From a virus: DNA of 64,000 nucleotides. The DNA is taken from positions 2,239 through 66,238 of IMG/VR virus record IMGVR_UViG_3300035491_000116, one strand, 5' to 3'. The stretch's first letter is position 1, and every line of letters starts with the position of its first letter. The notes beneath the pieces were generated by a model. It had not been told where the DNA came from, did not search any database, and was given only the letters and a program-made list of their open reading frames with translations. Of this stretch, positions 18,202-25,767 are shown one piece after another. The position numbers were made by a program, and so were the translations under genes.

Positions 18202-18669
18202 TTACGGCTTTGGGGCGGCGCCGGGCACGTCCATGGCGGACAGGGCGGCTGTGAGAGCCTCAGCGGCGGCGTCAGCGTCGATCCGGTTGGCGGTGGGGCC
18301 GTGGGTATGGTTAAGCGACTCACGGACCTCAGCGGGGCGCTTACGCAGCGCCTCGACCATATCCCGCTCCCCAAGGGAGTGGGCATTCATCATCGCCGCT
18401 GGGATGGCCATGAGGAATCCTGGCTGGGTGTAGTCGGCCGCTTTCAGCCGTTTCATCTTGATCTCGCAGTTGAACCGATGCGGCATGACGCCGTAACGCT
18501 CCGGCATGATCCGGCGCAGCTTGCCGATGACGCTGCGCGGGGTGTCGGCAGCCAGGAACAGGCTGTGAACCGCGTAGACAACGCCCTGCTCTTTGAGGCG
18601 CAGGGTTACCAGATAGACGTTAGGACGAGGCAGCTCGCCGGCTGCGATAAACAGGCTGTGATTCGGCAT
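18202..18669 (-). CDS. hypothetical protein (155 aa)
   Basis: AAGGAACCAAGACA leader before ATG. Confidence 0.7.
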   Translation of the reverse strand: MPNHSLFIAAGELPRPNVYLVTLRLKEQGVVYAVHSLFLAADTPRSVIGKLRRIMPERYGVMPHRFNCEIKMKRLKAADYTQPGFLMAIPAAMMNAHSLGERDMVEALRKRPAEVRESLNHTHGPTANRIDADAAAEALTAALSAMDVPGAAPKP

Positions 18670-18778
18670 TGTCTTGGTTCCTTGTTTTATTTGGTCGGCT
18701 TGGCATCGTCAGTGCGCCGGGAGCCACCCGAACGCAGACCGCCAGCACGGGGCTGGCGGTTTCGCCGTTGGTTGGGGA

Positions 18779-19027
18779 TCAGGTGGCCGAGGTCAGCCAC
18801 AGCTCGTTGCGTGTCCACTTCCAACCGAGGACGCTGAAAGTGATCTGGAGCACTTGGCGGACCTGCAACGGGTCGCCGGTCTCCAGTGCCAGCTCAATGG
18901 CGTGGCTTGCCTGACACGCTGCGACGAAGTCCGCGATGGACTCCACGCCGCCGTTCATCTGCTTGCCGAGCTGGCGGAGGCTGCCGCGAACGTCGACGGC
19001 AAGGTGTTTGATAGCGTTGGTTTTCAT
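18779..19027 (-). CDS. hypothetical protein (82 aa)
   Basis: AAGGAAATCAAGAC leader. Confidence 0.65.
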   Translation of the reverse strand: MKTNAIKHLAVDVRGSLRQLGKQMNGGVESIADFVAACQASHAIELALETGDPLQVRQVLQITFSVLGWKWTRNELWLTSAT

Positions 19028-19131
19028 GTCTTGATTTCCTTGTATTTATCTATGTATTAGGGGTTTTCTGACCAACTATCAGCGCCGGTCTGGCTGGGGG
19101 TTTTGATAGTTGGGCCGGCTGATAACCGGAT

Positions 19132-19166
19132 AATAAAAAGCCCGTCCAGACAGTGCCTGGACGGGC
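19132..19166 (-). terminator. intrinsic terminator 2
   Basis: Minus strand: GCCCGTCCAG-7 nt loop-CTGGACGGGC followed by TTTTTATT. Confidence 0.75.
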
Positions 19167-19181
19167 GTACACGCGCGCGCG

Positions 19182-19215
19182 AATAAAAAAGCCCCGACCG
19201 GAAGCCCGGTCGGGG
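19182..19215 (-). terminator. intrinsic terminator 1
   Basis: Minus strand: CCCCGACCGG-GCTT-CCGGTCGGGG-CTTTTTTATT, directly after the 19222 stop. Confidence 0.85.
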
Positions 19216-19221
19216 TGTGGG

Positions 19222-19869
19222 TTAGGCCTTGGCCTTGGGTGCCGCCTTTTCCTTGCTGGTCGGCTTGATTGCCGCCAGTTGCGCGGCCTTGTCGCCGTCC
19301 ACACTGTCCGGCGCGGCCTTGGTCAGCGCTGCGCTTGCCACCTTGTACAGTTCGGCCAGTTGGTCGGACAATGCGACCGCTTCGGCATTGTCGGCCAGCT
19401 TGACGCCGTTTTGCAGCGCCTCGGCCAGCTTGGCCATACGGTCGGCCAGTTGTTTACCGGTCAGCGGTTTAGGCGGCTGTTCCGGCTTTTCCTCTTTTTC
19501 GACCGCTTCAAATTGTGCAAGCGTCAATTTGAAAGTCTGGCCATCGGCCAGCACTTCGGCCAGTTGGCGGCGTTCGGCTTTTTTGCTAAGCGTCCAGCCG
19601 TCAGTAATGGAATATTGCAGGCCTTTTGTATGTGCTTTGATATACGCCACGACCCGGCGACTATCAGCAGACGGCTTGCCGCTGGCGGTCTGACACGCTT
19701 TCATCATATTGTTGAGCCAGTCGGCTTGACCGTTCAAGATAGCGTGCGCTGCTGCTGCGTTGGCCCAGTCGCCCAAGGCGTCAAGCGCTTTTGCCTTGGT
19801 AGTGGCGAAGCCTTTCATTGTTGCGCTGGTAACTACTTTGCCGCGGATAATGATTTTTTGATTTGCCAT
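19222..19869 (-). CDS. Ala/Lys-rich hypothetical protein, outermost early gene
   Basis: Start MANQKII after the CAGGAATCAAGACA leader (the track starts it at 19908); followed by a strong terminator. Confidence 0.75.
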   Translation of the reverse strand: MANQKIIIRGKVVTSATMKGFATTKAKALDALGDWANAAAAHAILNGQADWLNNMMKACQTASGKPSADSRRVVAYIKAHTKGLQYSITDGWTLSKKAERRQLAEVLADGQTFKLTLAQFEAVEKEEKPEQPPKPLTGKQLADRMAKLAEALQNGVKLADNAEAVALSDQLAELYKVASAALTKAAPDSVDGDKAAQLAAIKPTSKEKAAPKAKA

Positions 19870-19905
19870 TGTCTTGATTCCTGTATTGATTGTGTAGTTT
19901 TTCTG

Positions 19906-19933
19906 CAATGCCCACTGTCATCAGTGGGCATTG
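19906..19933. promoter_or_regulatory. perfect 12-bp inverted repeat (CAATGCCCACTG-TCAT-CAGTGGGCATTG)
   Basis: Read directly; 36 nt upstream of the 19869 start. Confidence 0.6.
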
Positions 19934-20890
19934 TCGAATAACCAAGGCGGGCGCGGTGGCCCGCCATTTTCGTTGTCTTGACTAGGTACCGAGGCGAATC
20001 GGTTGCTCTTTTGATTGCCGGTCGCCGGGCGCAAAGGCCGGGCAATGCATGGCGACGCTCGATCAAGCGGCAACGGGCGCAGTTCGCCCGTCGTTTCCGC
20101 TTCGTTGTGGTCGGTTGCCTAGTCTCCAGATTTTTAAAGTCGTGGTTGCTCAAACCACTACATACCCCATGCCCGCTAAATGGTAATGATTATCATTATC
20201 AATGGCTCGCCTTGCCCCCATTCAGTCGCCTATATAGGCGCCGTCCGGGTGGCGTGGCCAGCAACTGGAAAAGCACGACACTCTGACCAACGGCCCGCCA
20301 TGCGGTGCCGTGACGGTGACAGTGGAACAATCGGCAAGCCTTCGGCCTTACCGAAAATCCACGGTCACTAGGGAAGCGTCCGGGCCAGTGGTGCGCCCGT
20401 TGCAGTTGCTGGCCGGTGGCCAGCGGGTGGAAGTCGGTTTTTAAAGAGCGGGGCGGGTCAGAGACCGCCGGTCAGACCGGAAAGCCGTAAAGCCGCTTTG
20501 CCGTGTCGACAAGGCAAAGATTAGGACAGTGGCCCGAGTGAGTCAAGCATAAATTGATTCTTTTTTAGGACATTTCACGCCACACCCCGCCCCGTCTTTT
20601 TTGACTACTCCAGAACGTCCATCTTCCCCTACCACCCCGCCCAAAATTTTCACATTTTTCAAAATCCCAGCCACAAACAAACCCCAGACCACCACTCCAC
20701 CCACCACCAAAACCACCACAAAGCCCAGTAAAATCAACACATTGCGCCGATTCACCACCAACTTTCCCCAGACCGTCACAGGCCCCTACAGCCACAACCA
20801 AAATGGCCAAACCAGCGCCACCCCCGCGCCGGCGCAATCCACAATCGCCGGCGCACCCAAGCCCAGAATTGGCTGCGAAAATCGCAAATT
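19934..20890. other. non-coding, hairpin-rich and strand-biased block between divergent early and late arms; candidate genome end or cos/pac region
   Basis: No credible ORFs; several GC hairpins; G-poor plus strand at ~20560-20880; lies just upstream of HU/terS. Confidence 0.45.
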
Positions 20891-20891
20891 T

Positions 20892-20935
20892 GCCGGAATT
20901 ACGGCTTTACACCTCGGCGGGGTCGCTGGTATAAC
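20892..20935 (+). promoter_or_regulatory. sigma70-like promoter (-35 TTTACA, 18 nt, -10 TATAAC) preceded by GCCGGAATTACGGC motif
   Basis: Hexamers at 20906-20911 and 20930-20935, upstream of the HU gene. Confidence 0.6.
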
Positions 20936-20975
20936 TTAGCCCGACTTCAATTACAGAAATTTCTAAGGCAGGCAC

Positions 20976-21257
20976 ATGAGCAAGAAGCTGAACACCATCG
21001 TCGACCTCACCACCTCCGTCCGAGATCAGCTCGGATGCACCAAGGCAGAGGCGCGTCGCGCTGTCGAAGCGGTACTCAACTCCATCAATGATTTGTCTGA
21101 AGACAAGAAGCTGCAGCTGAAGGGCTTCGGTACCTTCCAGATGAAGACCCGCGCACCGCGCAACATGATTGCCCCTGCAAACGGCCGCGAGTACCACATC
21201 CCACCGACCCGCAACCTGACGTTCCGTCCGTCCAAGATCGCCGGTCGCGTCGTCTGA
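20976..21257 (+). CDS. HU/IHF-family histone-like DNA-binding protein
   Basis: TKAEARRAVEAVL helix, LQLKGFGTF signature, arm RAPRNMIAP, FRPSK. Confidence 0.9.
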   Translation: MSKKLNTIVDLTTSVRDQLGCTKAEARRAVEAVLNSINDLSEDKKLQLKGFGTFQMKTRAPRNMIAPANGREYHIPPTRNLTFRPSKIAGRVV

Positions 21258-21808
21258 TGTCAGAGCAGTTCATCCCGAAAGGCTACGTCGAGATGCGGGC
21301 AACCCATCTCGCCACCGAGGAGCTGATGTCTCCTCGGATGGAGCTCAAATCCCGCGACCCCAAGCTGCTCAACAGCCTGGACGACGTCGTGGGCGGGCTT
21401 CGTGAGGGCTTGATCCCTGAGCAGCTGTGCTCCGCTCTGGTCGATGCAATGCCTGACGCCACCCGGCGCCGAATGGTGCAGAAGTCTGCGGGCCTCGATG
21501 CCACGGTGATCATGTCGCTGAAAACCATGCTTGGCAGGGTGGACGCGGTCCTCAGCAGGGTAGTGAGCGAGGACGGCACCCCTGCCGGCAGGGACGAAGA
21601 CCTTCCGATCTCGGTGAAGGACGCGCTGAACATGGCCATCCGGGTCTCGCAGGTAATCACCAAGGACCTGCCCAAGGTCTACCAGGTGGACCGCCTGCAG
21701 CGCAGAGAGGAAGCGTTGGCTTTAGTCATGGAGAAACACATGACGCCTGAGCAGCAGGACGCGCTGCTGGAGGAGCTTGAGAAGCTGGAGGGCTCTGTTG
21801 TTGAGTGA
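21257..21808 (+). CDS. terS: putative terminase small subunit
   Basis: Position upstream of terL, helical, 183 aa; no diagnostic motif. Confidence 0.5.
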   Translation: MSEQFIPKGYVEMRATHLATEELMSPRMELKSRDPKLLNSLDDVVGGLREGLIPEQLCSALVDAMPDATRRRMVQKSAGLDATVIMSLKTMLGRVDAVLSRVVSEDGTPAGRDEDLPISVKDALNMAIRVSQVITKDLPKVYQVDRLQRREEALALVMEKHMTPEQQDALLEELEKLEGSVVE

Positions 21809-21846
21809 TAGTAGTGCCTAAAGGCTATCACTAAGAGCTATTTCGC

Positions 21847-21873
21847 TGTTATTATTGCTGTATGGACATACAG
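21847..21873 (+). promoter_or_regulatory. extended -10 promoter (TG-T-TATTAT) with an overlapping LexA/SOS box CTGTATGGACATACAG (21858-21873)
   Basis: CTGT-N8-ACAG; 14/16 identical to the E. coli recA operator core CTGTATGAGCATACAG. Confidence 0.7.
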
Positions 21874-21959
21874 TTATTCCGAATTATTTCGGGTTTTTAC
21901 TGGTTAGGTAGGGTGGTCTCGATTCACCGTACCGGCTAAATGCAACAGGAAGAGAAGCA

Positions 21960-22157
21960 ATGGAAAAACAACAAGTTAAAGACATCGCACCAGGTCAATA
22001 CCGCATTTTCGGCGGCCTTCGCATTACCGTTAATCGCAGCGCCTATGGTGATGTGAGTTGGAATGCCGGACGCCTCACCTGGCTGGTATCCATGCTGCTC
22101 AAGGCCCGTCGCGCCCTCGGTAAGCAGTCCATCAAGCTGGATCCGGTGACCGTATGA
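21960..22157 (+). CDS. small basic protein (65 aa) inserted between terS and terL, putatively SOS-regulated
   Basis: AGGAAGAG RBS; stop overlaps the terL start (ATGA). Confidence 0.65.
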   Translation: MEKQQVKDIAPGQYRIFGGLRITVNRSAYGDVSWNAGRLTWLVSMLLKARRALGKQSIKLDPVTV

Positions 22158-23878
22158 GCGGGATGTCCTCCAGGCTGAGAACACGCCTGAGCAGGGAGGA
22201 CGGTCTCCGAGAGCTGGACAAAGTTGTCCAGCGCTACGGGGTCGTGAACGGGAAGCCTTTCTCGTTCAAGGACCACGAGTTCCAGATCGAGATTATCCGC
22301 GACACACGCTCCAGGCAGTCCGTCCGCAAATGTTCGCAGGTGGGGCTGTCTGAGCTGATGGTTCAAAAGACCCTGGCGCTGGCCACGGTCTTTCCTCACA
22401 AACGCTGCATTTTCACGTTGCCCACCCTCGAGTTCGCCAACAAGTTCTCAAAAGACCGTTTCGACGCGGCCATTGAGAACTCGGAGCACTACAACGCGAT
22501 GGTGGTCAAGGCGAACAACTCGGCCAGCCAGAAGAAGATCGGCAGCTTTACCCTGTATGTGGCCGGCAGCTTTGGCAACAACTCGGCGATCTCAGTACCA
22601 GCCGAGATCCTCATCAACGATGAGGTCGACTTCTCCAACCCCGAGGTGCTCGGCAAATTGTCTTCCCGCCTGCGACACGCGGAGCTTGAGGATGAGCGTG
22701 GTTACCGTGGGATGCGGAGCAAGTTCTCGACGCCGACAGTGCACGACTACGGTATCGACGGTGACTTCGAGAACGGGCACCAGGCTTACTACATGGTCAA
22801 GTGCAGCTGTTGCCAAGAGTGGGTGCTGCCGAATTTCTTCGAGGACTTCGTGGTGCCTGGATTCGATGGGGCCATGGCGGAACTGCGAAAGGGCGACCTG
22901 TCCAACCCTCGGTACCGGTTTGACGAAGCAAGCCTTCGGTGCCCGTCTTGCCGTGGTGACCTGTGGCCGGCGCTGTGTGACCCATCACGCAGGCAGTGGG
23001 TAGCGAAGCGGCCGGACGCTTGGGAGCACAGCTACCAGGTCTACCCATGGGATGCGCCTAAGTACAACCCACCAGGAGTGGTAATCCGCCAGCTGGGTGA
23101 CTACCCACTCATCTCTGACTACTACAATTTTGTGCTCGGCGTACCTCACTCTGACGCCGAGAACAGCTTCAACGTCGAGCAGGCGTACAAGGACCGGATT
23201 TCTGATGTAGAGATGTGGCAGTATCTCGTCGGAACCGTAATGTCGGGTATGCGCAATGCCGGTGTTGTCGCCGGCATGGACATCGGCAAGATCTGCCACT
23301 TCGTCGTCAAGGCTAAGGCTGGCAAAAACTGGCACGTCGTCTACGCCGAGAAGATCAAAAACACCCGGGAGAACCCGGCGACCAAGGAGATTATTGGGCG
23401 TATTGACTACTTCAGGTGTGCGAAGGTGTGTATTGACGCTGGCCCTGACATCACCCTGGTCAACAACTTGGTTGAGGCCCGCCATCAGGTGTCGGCGGTG
23501 GTCTACGTCCGCAGCATCAAAGGTCTGCAGCCGTTCGAGGTGAAAGGGGAAGGGGAGGTTATCAACGCCGACCGAACCAAGACCCTGAAGGAGCTTCTGG
23601 CGAAGCACAACAGCGGAGAGATCCGCTACATGCGGCGCCAGGACATCCGAGACGAGATTTTCAACCACCTCAAGACCACGAAAAAGATCAGGGAGCGCAG
23701 CTCGGACGGCGACATGGTCGAGCGGTTCATCAAGACCAGTGATGACGACCACTGGGTTCACGCGCTCAACTACGCGCAGATCGCGGCAATGGTCGTGTCA
23801 TCCTCGCTGACCACCGGCGTTATCGGGGTGCTGCCGGGCGTTTCGACGGTCAGGGTGGGGTCAGCGGCTGGGGACTAG
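22154..23878 (+). CDS. terL: terminase large subunit, lambda gpA-like
   Basis: Walker A RKCSQVGLSE, Walker B ILINDEVD, STPT coupling motif, CSCC and CPSC zinc motifs, nuclease GMDIG ... HWVHALNYA. Confidence 0.9.
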   Translation: MSGMSSRLRTRLSREDGLRELDKVVQRYGVVNGKPFSFKDHEFQIEIIRDTRSRQSVRKCSQVGLSELMVQKTLALATVFPHKRCIFTLPTLEFANKFSKDRFDAAIENSEHYNAMVVKANNSASQKKIGSFTLYVAGSFGNNSAISVPAEILINDEVDFSNPEVLGKLSSRLRHAELEDERGYRGMRSKFSTPTVHDYGIDGDFENGHQAYYMVKCSCCQEWVLPNFFEDFVVPGFDGAMAELRKGDLSNPRYRFDEASLRCPSCRGDLWPALCDPSRRQWVAKRPDAWEHSYQVYPWDAPKYNPPGVVIRQLGDYPLISDYYNFVLGVPHSDAENSFNVEQAYKDRISDVEMWQYLVGTVMSGMRNAGVVAGMDIGKICHFVVKAKAGKNWHVVYAEKIKNTRENPATKEIIGRIDYFRCAKVCIDAGPDITLVNNLVEARHQVSAVVYVRSIKGLQPFEVKGEGEVINADRTKTLKELLAKHNSGEIRYMRRQDIRDEIFNHLKTTKKIRERSSDGDMVERFIKTSDDDHWVHALNYAQIAAMVVSSSLTTGVIGVLPGVSTVRVGSAAGD

Positions 23879-24181
23879 GGCGCCGTCGCGCACCTTGTAG
23901 CTCATGTCATCGTTTCTGACGGCGCAGTTGAACCCGTCCTCACCGTAGTAGCTTTCGAGGCTATTGCTGTCCTTCTCGACCGGGCCGTTGTTGGTCAGCT
24001 GGTAGAACGTGGTGTACGTTACATCCTGGTCAGAAATAGATACGCAGGTGTCTCCAGATGGGCCACGGAAAATCGTGACTCGACTGTCTACTGAGTCAGA
24101 CCTCACCTTATACGGTGGCGCTTCTCCTGTACCGCAACCGGCCAAGCCAACAACCAACGCGCCAACAATCAACATCCTCAT
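23861..24181 (-). CDS. antisense-oriented lipoprotein (moron-like)
   Basis: Signal peptide MRMLIVGALVVGLAG-C with LAGC lipobox; GGAG RBS. Confidence 0.75.
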   Translation of the reverse strand: MRMLIVGALVVGLAGCGTGEAPPYKVRSDSVDSRVTIFRGPSGDTCVSISDQDVTYTTFYQLTNNGPVEKDSNSLESYYGEDGFNCAVRNDDMSYKVRDGALVPSR

Positions 24182-24303
24182 CCTAAGTAACTCCTCAGCT
24201 TGAACTTTAGCCGAGTCTACCATGCAAATAACCGTTTGCTACTTGACAGCTTTTTCCTTATTCTCTAGCGCAAATGCGGCTTTACGGCAATACGGCAAGG
24301 TGA

Positions 24304-25767
24304 ATGGCAGCCCAGAATCCGAGTAAGAGCAGATCAAGAGGCCAGAACGTCGGTTCTGGCGTCGTGCTGCCTAAAAAGAATCTGGCAGGCAAAGCCAAGG
24401 CGGCTCGCCCTGGATCTGACCTGGACAAGGGCCAGACCCTTCGCAACGAGCTAAACACGCACGTTGCCAAAGCGATCAAAGAGATCCGCAGCCGCACCAA
24501 CGTCAACGAGATCATCCGTGTCCTGTCACGCGAGGACGGCCTGTTCAGCGCCGCAATGAACAGCATGGTGGCGATCTCCGCGAACAGCGGCTTCCGTATC
24601 GCAGGTCGAGACGCCAGCGGTGCCATGAGCCTCGAGGTGATGTCAGTTGCCTACCTGCTGTTCGACCGCTTCAACACCCTGCACGACTACAGCAAGGGCT
24701 ACAACGACAAGCCGGGCAACCAGTCGCTTCTGCACACCCTGCAGATTGACGTGGTAGGTACAGGCGGCTGTGGCTTAGAGCTGGTGCTGGACAAAGAGTT
24801 CGGCCCTGAGCGTATGGTGCCGATCGGTTACTCGACCATCGAATGGGAAGCGGATGGCCAAGGCGGCCGGTACCCGGTGCAGGACAGCGGTGACATCAAC
24901 CTGAACCTGCCTACGGTCTTCATCGGGGAGCACCACCGCAACCCGGACGAGGCCTACTCTGTCAGCCTGCTACGTCCAGGCCTGTCCCACACCATCACGT
25001 TCAACGAGTTCCTGGAAGACATGCACCGCGCTGTCAACCGGGTCGGCCACAGCCGCCTTGTAGCCACGCTGTTGTCTGAGAAGGTCAACGCGGCGATGGA
25101 CGACGAAACCCGGGCCAGCCCACAGAAGGCAGAGGCTTTCTACAAATCGGTTAAGGAGCAGGTTGAGGAAGCACTGGCAGGACTGGAGCCGGAGGACGCC
25201 ATTGTTGCTTATGACAGCGTCACCTACGACGTCAAGGACACCGGGGGAAGCAAGTCTGACTACAGCTCGCTGCTGTCTACCTTGGGCAACTTGTTCGGCG
25301 CGTCGCTGAAGACCCCTCCGGCGGTATCCGGGTTACGCGCTGAGGGCGGCCAGGGCCTGTCCAACGCCGAGACGCTGATCTACCTGAAGGTTGTCCACGG
25401 CACCCGCGCCCCTGTCGAAGAGACGGTAAGCCGGGCGCTCACTCTGGCTGTTCGCCTGTTGGGTATCGACGGCTATGTGAACTTCGAGTTCCTGCCGATC
25501 AACCTTCGGCCCGACGAAGAGCTGGAAGCGTACAAGGGCACCCGTCAAAAGCGCGTCCTTGAGCAGCTCAGCTTGGGCCTGATCAATGACGCAGAGGCCT
25601 GCTTCGCCCTCGGCCTGCGCCCCCAAAGCATGGTTGCAGAGCTTGCCGGTACCGGCTTCTACAGCAAATCCAACACAACCGGCGGTGAAGAAGGTGAGCG
25701 CGATAGCTCTACCGGCCGAGCGCTGAACCCCGGAACACCATCAAAATCCGGAGGCGATGACCAGTGA
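24304..25767 (+). CDS. portal protein
   Basis: 487 aa between terL and the head protease; typical size and position. Confidence 0.75.
   Translation: MAAQNPSKSRSRGQNVGSGVVLPKKNLAGKAKAARPGSDLDKGQTLRNELNTHVAKAIKEIRSRTNVNEIIRVLSREDGLFSAAMNSMVAISANSGFRIAGRDASGAMSLEVMSVAYLLFDRFNTLHDYSKGYNDKPGNQSLLHTLQIDVVGTGGCGLELVLDKEFGPERMVPIGYSTIEWEADGQGGRYPVQDSGDINLNLPTVFIGEHHRNPDEAYSVSLLRPGLSHTITFNEFLEDMHRAVNRVGHSRLVATLLSEKVNAAMDDETRASPQKAEAFYKSVKEQVEEALAGLEPEDAIVAYDSVTYDVKDTGGSKSDYSSLLSTLGNLFGASLKTPPAVSGLRAEGGQGLSNAETLIYLKVVHGTRAPVEETVSRALTLAVRLLGIDGYVNFEFLPINLRPDEELEAYKGTRQKRVLEQLSLGLINDAEACFALGLRPQSMVAELAGTGFYSKSNTTGGEEGERDSSTGRALNPGTPSKSGGDDQ

Noticed and set aside
24243-24271. Perfect TTGACA -35 upstream of the portal gene as a strong promoter
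   Set aside because: The correctly spaced -10 (TAGCGC) is poor, so it is not called; it could still be activator-dependent.
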